From the human T2T-CHM13v2.0 reference genome, Homo sapiens, in assembly GCF_009914755.1 (NCBI RefSeq), contig NC_060932.1: a DNA stretch of 64,000 nucleotides; one strand, written 5' to 3'. Position 1 is the first letter of the stretch; the number at the start of each line of letters is the position of its first letter. A program made the translations under genes and the position numbers. Below the pieces are notes generated by a model that saw only the letters and a list, made by a program, of their open reading frames with translations, did no database searches and was not told the origin of the DNA. This document shows, one piece after another, positions 55,769-64,000 of this stretch.

Positions 55769-57189
55769 CTTTTGTCCATTTCTAATGTATTCTTTTGCAT
55801 TTGAAGATTATTCTACTTGAGAATCAAGACAAAGCATATCTGGTTCTAAATTGTTTTACTATCCTCCCAAAAGAAAAGCATCTGCTACTCTCAGCATTCC
55901 TGGCCAGTGTGAGCTCTCTGGGAGATTCAGCATCCCTCACACTCCTAAAGTCTGGCCACAGTTCTACACGCTCTTCCCTTCTCTACCTGTCACTCTGAAG
56001 TCAAATCGGCCACTACCCACTTTCTTCCATGAGTATCCATTGCAATCACAATGTAAGAATTACGTTTCTGAATTTCTGGCCCCATGGCATGGTCTTCCTT
56101 TCTGAGTATGATGCCACATATTGTGCTACCTTCTTAGTTTCTGGAAACTTCATCTTTCTGAACTTTGGGCACATATTTCACTGTGTTCAGTCTGATTCTC
56201 AAAGGCCCTATTCAACACCAGCTACCAAAATTACACTCCTCCCTCTATTCCTTGTTGAGCTACTGCCCCCGTAGAATCCCCCTCCTTTATACCCAAAGCC
56301 CAACACACTCAATCCTAGTCAACTTTCCTGTGAACTCCTGCAACAAGCTACACATACTTCAGTCACAGGACATTTTCATTATGCTTTCTATAATACAGTT
56401 ATTAGTTCACTCAACACACAGTTCTCAAGGGCCTCGTGCTTCTGGTGTGGTGCTAGGCTCCAGGAATCCACAACCAAGTGGATCAGGCACTTTGGAATCT
56501 AGAAGAAAAGTGACTGACTCTGCCTAAAGCAAGTGGAGAGCAGCTTCTGGAGAAGGTGACATTTGAGCTGCCTCTTCAAGAAAAATAACTCTACGAGGCA
56601 CATGGAAAGCACTGGCGAGGCACAAAGAGCGAAAGAACAGCGTATACTTGGGAAACACAGAAGCGTCCCGAGATGCTGTAGGCAAATGAGAGGGAAGTTG
56701 AGGCAAGATGGCTGCACAGCATTTGAAGCAAGATTATAAGGGCCTGTCTAGGATGTTGAAGAGTTAGATTTAATCAACAGGCAGTGGTAAGAGTCTGGAA
56801 AGGCAGTGGCAGAAGCTGGTCTTCGTATTATGATCAGGCTCAGTGGGTCACCACCTATCCATTTTTATTTTATTTATTTTATTTTTGTCATTTCTTTGTT
56901 TACCTATCCTTTTTTAAATGGCAGTCCCAAATGATGCAAAAGAAGCTTCCACATGAGCGAATAATGGATTCTTATTTACATAAGAACAGAAACAAGTTAT
57001 TGCTGCTGCCTGTTCTGCAAAAATATACTTTTTACATCCTAAAATTAAATGAGAATTAGAAGAGCCATAACAAGGGAAAACAAGGGTAAAATTTCTTAAA
57101 TTATTTTTAAAAATAGAAATGAGCATAATTTTAATATTTTATATTTCAAATATATTTCCCTTCTTGATAAAAACAGTGGCATTTTTCTA

Positions 57190-57306
<117 letters not shown>

Positions 57307-57932
57307 TTAAAAAAAGAGAAGTATTAATATGAAGAATATCTATTGGTTAAATATATAATTAAAGGCTTGAACATACCTGTGCATTTCTTAGGAAAAACAT
57401 ACTTAATCCTCATGAGAGGACAGCTTCGCAATTAGTTCTTTTTAAAATTTTAAGTTATTTACACATAGAAGAGATTGCCAAGCTGATATTTTTATTTAAA
57501 TGCAAGGTGTTACCCCAAGACTGTAATTTATAACACATTAATATACAACCTGAAAGGAAGGTTCATGAAATAAAGATTCCTGGATCCGGGTTTTAAATTA
57601 CACACACAAAAGTTTTACATGTTCATATGGCCCTCCACACACGACAAGGATAAAGCAAGTTCAGGGAAATCTTTCTGTACAGCAAAATTCCAAACCTAAT
57701 CTATCTATACTCATAAATGCATAAATACATCTGATCATTCCAAAAGAGGACTTCTAATTTTCAAAACAGATGCTCAATTTGTATTGATTAGATGTATATC
57801 TATTGTGAATTGTTACTAAAAATGTCAAGACTCTACTGCTAGACCCATATAAATTATTGAGTTATTTTATTCTTACGATGTTAAAAAAAAATGAACTGGA
57901 TAGATTAATTATCACTCAATACTGTAACTTGC

Positions 57933-58029
57933 CTTGATGGAAGAATTCCTCCGTTACTTTTTCACTCCACTGCTTGCTTAATTCCCACGTCCGACATGGG
58001 TTACAAATATCAGCACATTTCAAAGCCAT
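57933..58029 (-). CDS. PDE7A: PDE7A exon, [32 protein letters not shown](G)
   Basis: PDE motifs KCADI.NP and EFF.QGD; ttgctag| acceptor, non-canonical donor AAG|gcaagt, 97 nt. Confidence 0.95.
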
Positions 58030-58454
58030 CTAGCAAACAAAACATTAATATTGTTTTAAGATATATACACACTTGACAATAATACCAAAGAACCAAGTGC
58101 AAGGACTGGATTAACCATAAATATAAATAAATAAGCCAGAAATATAATTCTCCTATTTTTAGATGTAAGAATTTATGAGAATAAAATGCTATTTCTTAAT
58201 TGGTACCCTAATCTTGTAAAAATTGTTTTCATCAGAAATCTTGAGTATGAAAAACACGTAAGCAATGATGCCTTCCTAGGTAGCAGATTCACCAGTGATC
58301 TCCTTTTGGAAGGAGTGTGCGCTAATTGAAGGAAATTCTTTAGCTTGCCCTCAAGATTTAACCATTCTGAAAAACTACACTAGAATATTCATTTTTTAGT
58401 TTGACAGTCACATAATTTATCCTAGAAATAGAATGTTTCCAAGCCCCATTTTAC

Positions 58455-58599
58455 CTGTAAAACCAAATGTCTGTGTCTGGTGTCTTCTAGGCATAAATCA
58501 CCTCTATCCAAATGGGACCTAAACAAAGACAGATACTCATTCTGGCGACTGATGTCTGTGGCTAGTATCAGAGCACCTATCTGTGTCTCCATTTGTTGC
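58455..58599 (-). CDS. PDE7A: PDE7A exon, [23 protein letters not shown]...RHLVLQ
   Basis: PDE motif ILATD; tttccag| acceptor, CAG|gtaaaa donor, 145 nt. Confidence 0.96.
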
Positions 58600-60551
58600 C
58601 TGGAAATAGAGAAATATAAAGAGAAAATATAAGACTTTCAATTAACTATTTATTGATTTTTTTTCTTAACCATAATAATCGGAAGGCTTTATAGAACCCT
58701 AAAATATCCAACTATCATTCAATTTAAAATTTATCACACAAAAAATGAGTTTTATAGAATGCTTCAAAAAAAGCCATTAAAATAACCAAAACTAAAACCA
58801 AGAGTTTGTAGGAAAATACCAATATGCAAACATTCCAAAAGGAGAGCCTTTATTTTGCCAGCCAAGGTGGTATTATTTGCTTTAAAAAAAAAATCAATGT
58901 AACATTGGTTGTTTTTTGAGAAAGTTCCTTGCTGGGATTCTTTTGCTGGAAAATTCTCATGCTGAGGGTAAACAACTTTGGTTTGCTTTTTAGTGCCTGA
59001 GATCTGAAGGCAGAAGGAAGATTCAAATAGAAAGAATAATGGCCCATTCAACAGCTGACTCCTACAGACATTCTGACTAAGATGCCTGTTGCAATTCCCC
59101 TGAGCAACTTAATAACTGTGTTTTCAAGGTTAAACTCAAGAACCAATCAGTTATCTGTAAATGAATATCCAACTTTTCTGAAAGGAAAAAGGTAACATGT
59201 TAATATAAACAGCAAATACATACATCATTTATAAAACTGCCTCAGATCAATTAACAAGATAAACATACTTAAAAAAAATTCTTGCCTTTTGTTTTAATGG
59301 GCCATAGCAAATACTATCTCTGTATAATGATCAGTAAAGAGCTGTCAAATAGATAAAAAGACTCACAATATTGAATGTTAAAACAAACCCTAAATGAAGA
59401 AAACATTAAATAATGCTATTAGGTAGTATTCCTTATTTCCATTTTTATTAAATCTGAGAACTCAACAGGGTTAATCATCAAATGAAAAACATGATTTTTA
59501 AAAAGGGAATAATGAAGCAAACATTTTAATCTGTCTTAATTTTAAGAACCCATAATTTACATATACAGTGTGTTTAAGCAATTTTCGTATTTGTACTACA
59601 GCAAAAAATGATTTTACTTACCAGAAGTATTGTCATACTCCAAATGGTATCCGTGAATAAAGATTTAAAAAAATAAAAAATAAAGTCCAGCTTTTTTCTC
59701 ATGGTCATTACACAAAACAGTTTTTTATACAGTTGTTTTAAATTATGAAAGGGAAACCAGAGAACAGCAAGTGGAACTTAAATTTTAATACTCAAACATA
59801 TTTTTATACCTCACCACTTTTCTTGAAGTGGATGGTTTCAATCCACTTTCATGGTTTGCTGACGTGCATTTTCCCTCAGTGCAACATTACTAAAAAGCTT
59901 GTGTGTGGACCACACTATGGCAATGACGTGAGATTTTATAAACCATCACCATCGTGTTAGCCTTATTCACATTAATGTTTTTTATTAGGTTCTAAAATAG
60001 CCCATTTATTTTTTTTTCCTAAAATATTAGGGTTTTTTCCATTCATTATTATATCCTATAGCTCTAGAAGTGTGACTCCAGGATTATGCTATTGAGGACA
60101 TAAGGCACTCTCTTTACTTTCTTGTCAGTTTTGAAAACTTCTGGGAACAGATTTTAATGAATCTATTTAATGTAATAGAATGTTTACATTCCATCCAATT
60201 TACCTTTATACCTAGACCTTAAGGTTTTATTCAGCTGAGTATGGAAATGTGTAATATCTATTTATGTAAATAAGTAGTAAACTATGGCTGAGCAATTGTG
60301 TATTTGAGTAAATTTTATAGTATTCAAACCCATGGAATAGTCTTTGATAAAAATAACTATCCATTAAAATGTTACCGACTATATAGTAGGATAGCTCTAA
60401 ATTACTAAAATTGTATATAATTTATTAAATTTGACAAACACTGAAAACTGTGGAACACCTGAACATAACAATTTTTAAAACTTTATAAAATTACTTTGCC
60501 AACTTAACTTCTATAACCAGTAACAAATTAAATTTGTCTTAATCCAACCTA

Positions 60552-60644
<93 letters not shown>

Positions 60645-60847
60645 CTACAACAAAGGACGTTTCTGAGTTACTTAATGATACGTCTCTTTCTGGACATATC
60701 ATTACTAACAATACTGTTAGCAATATTAATCTGGTTAAAATTCTAACATTCATTGAGAATTTATTTTCATTACTTTCATTTCTTCAAAATATGAAAGATT
60801 TTCTAGAATGCAAAAATAATAAATCTTGATGATAAAATTGCACTAAC

Positions 60848-60979
60848 CTTGTATAAAGTTGCCAAGTAATGGTTAGTTTTAATAAGGAAAGGTTGATTAA
60901 CACCTGGATGATCCAGATCATGAGTGGCAGCTGCAATTAAGCTCAGCAAGATATCCCAAGGAGTTACAGAATTGGCAAG
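60848..60979 (-). CDS. PDE7A: PDE7A exon, [44 protein letters not shown]
   Basis: Class I PDE metal-binding signature HDLDHPG; cttcag| acceptor, AAG|gttagt donor, 132 nt. Confidence 0.97.
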
Positions 60980-63403
60980 CTGAAGTGTGACAAAAGAATA
61001 ATGAATCACAGATATATCTAAAATAAGCTCTACGCCATCACAGTAGTTTTGAATTAGCAGCCAATGGTAGTGGTGGTAATCTCCTCCCCCTTCACGTCAT
61101 TCCTCAGGTGGTTGTTCATTAGGTTCACCAAGCACATCTGCCAGGTCCTGATCTCATCACCACACTGGCAAAGCCATGATACAACAGTGGCCCTGCCCAT
61201 GTGGAGTTTACAGAGTTCATCCTTAGGCCATTTCATTTTTAACAAGCTTAATTAAAATGGCAGCTAAAACATAAACCGTTCTTTTTGAGAAATAATGGCT
61301 TTAAAATGACAAACATAGTTTGGCACATTTTTATTACTGTAGCCATTACTGAACAAAAGATCTAAAATTTTAAGGGTGTTTATTTATCAACAAATTGGTT
61401 ATTGGATTTCAATAATGTAATCTAAGATGTAAGGTTATTCCTTTAGTCCTGATGTTTAAGGAGGCTACTGAGTAATCATGTTAAGTGGAAGTCTATGTCA
61501 AGTCTGTGATAAAATCCTCCCCTAACGGATGGCTACATTCATAACAATGATACAATGTATTCATGTCAGGGAAAGCAATCTTGCACACCAGAAATTGTAA
61601 CTTTACTCTCAATAATCATTACCAAACTTATTTAATAATCACAATAAATAAAAGTTTATGATTAGCTGACAAATGTTCAATGATAAAAAAGATCACCTTG
61701 ACTATATCATCTGCTTTTCATGAAATGCCTCTCATTTTCTGGCAAACTTGGCCAGATTTGTGTTCCCACAGCACCTCATGACCTGCCACAATACCACTCA
61801 TCAGAGCATGGTATTATTTAGGTTTACGTTAGGACAGTGCTGACTAAACTGTAATGATCCTGTGCTCTAACAGTGAAAATTTTTGAGCATACACCACTTA
61901 TATTAAGTATATGTACTTATGGATTATTATACTGAACTAACATTTATATGTTATACAACAAAGATAAAAACTGAAAATTTTAAAAATGAGATAAAAATAA
62001 TTTTAGATTCAAATTCTATTGTTTTCTTTCTCTGCTAGAACGAATCAATCATCTCTTTCTACTCCCTGTGTTAAGTTCATCTCAGTCAGAGAAATCACTG
62101 TCTGAGGGCTTGAATCTCCTGGAAAACTGTAAGCTACCTGGAAGCAGAGATGCATATTATTTATTTTTGTATCGCATATAATTAGTACACGGAGAAGGTC
62201 AATGAATAGGAGAAGATGAAGAAAATTATTTCCTCTTTAGGATATACAAAAGCATTGAAAAAATAAAGCATTCTAAAGCGCTGCTTACTAATCAAGATGA
62301 ACAGAATGCATAGGATATAAAGCATACTGCATATAAAGCAATCTCCCCTCCTTGACATATACATGAATGGGCATGGGTGTCTATGTCTTATGAACATGTA
62401 ATTTATTAGGCAGTATGCAAAGGGGTTACATTCTTATTGGCAGAAGAATAGACATCCTGGGAGAATACAATAATCCAAAATTAGACTGATTTAAAAAATT
62501 AATGTATGACTGCACATGACATCAAAACATTCTCAGGTATATTAAAGAGTTAACCATTAAAAATAGGAACATGACAATAAGCAACTGAATTCTCAAAAAT
62601 TCTGTGAAGAGAAAGTAACTTTAAAAACAAATCACACATGCAAAAAAATATTTGATATAAAAATGTAACATTTCTGCTTGTAAAAAAAAACCTTTCATCA
62701 GAAACAAAATTTTCAATATTATAACAAAGACAAGGACTTCAATAACTTAACTTTTTAAGGTGGATTAAAAGACAGATGTTATTTCCATTCTGTGATTACA
62801 TCTGTTAAGAGCTGACAACAAAGAAATGTCAAAAAAGAAACTACAGATTATTTAACATATGTGAAGGTCAGCTTTTACTTGTATCTGCAAAGCCATCATT
62901 AGGGTTCTTTTTCAATAAAATAGAAAACTATTAAGTGGTGAGTTTTGCTGTGTTCAGTGAAAAGCTTACTGTTTTCACTGCCTGCCAGCCCTTATCATTT
63001 CCCATTGTAATGGTTATCACAGTGAGTTTCGTTGGTGGTAGCTTTTTTTTTTTTTTTTTTTTTTTGGCTAAATTGGCAAATCAAAAATATAGTAGAAATA
63101 GCAGAAAGAAGGTACCTGAGATACTGGTGGCTTGCTGAGGGTAAAGAGGAGGTGGCACTATCATGGAGGAGAGCAGTTTAGTGACATAAAATGTCCTGAA
63201 TCAGTATTGTATTTTTATTTTTCCTAATGATGCTACCTCTGAAAACAGATTCTATTTTTTTGTGACAGAGTCTTGCTGATGCCCAGCCTGGAGTGCAGTG
63301 GTGCGATCTCGGCTCACTGCAGCCTCTGCCTCCCAGGTTCAATCGATTCTCTTACTCAGGCTCCTGAGCAGCTGGGATTATAGGCGCCTACCACCATGCC
63401 TGA

Positions 63404-63999
<596 letters not shown>

Positions 64000-64000
64000 G

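Overview
Human genomic DNA (about 55 Alu elements, including a human-lineage AluYb) holding two convergent protein-coding genes. On the + strand is MTFR1 (mitochondrial fission regulator 1): 7 coding exons between 3630 and 42722 splice into a complete 1002-nt, 333-aa ORF, with a 3'UTR to about 44230; its promoter and non-coding first exon are not in the window. On the - strand are the last six coding exons of PDE7A (60979 to 52968, catalytic domain C-terminal part) and a long 3'UTR with candidate proximal (51377) and distal (48031) polyA signals. Almost all ORFs in the supplied track are Alu-derived noise. Most notable observations: (1) an intron-containing tRNA-Tyr copy fused to an Alu, both inside one 13-bp target-site duplication; (2) five upstream AUGs in 80 nt of the MTFR1 leader, with a uORF stop abutting the weak main AUG; (3) a roughly 1-kb L1 retaining both ends, with an apparently spliced 5'UTR; (4) a polyproline/WH2/C-like arrangement in MTFR1; (5) a GC-AG intron and an intron read-through isoform in PDE7A. 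No wholly new gene system can be supported from sequence alone. Repeat subfamily names and consensus comparisons come from memory and need a Dfam/RepeatMasker check; repeat coordinates are approximate.
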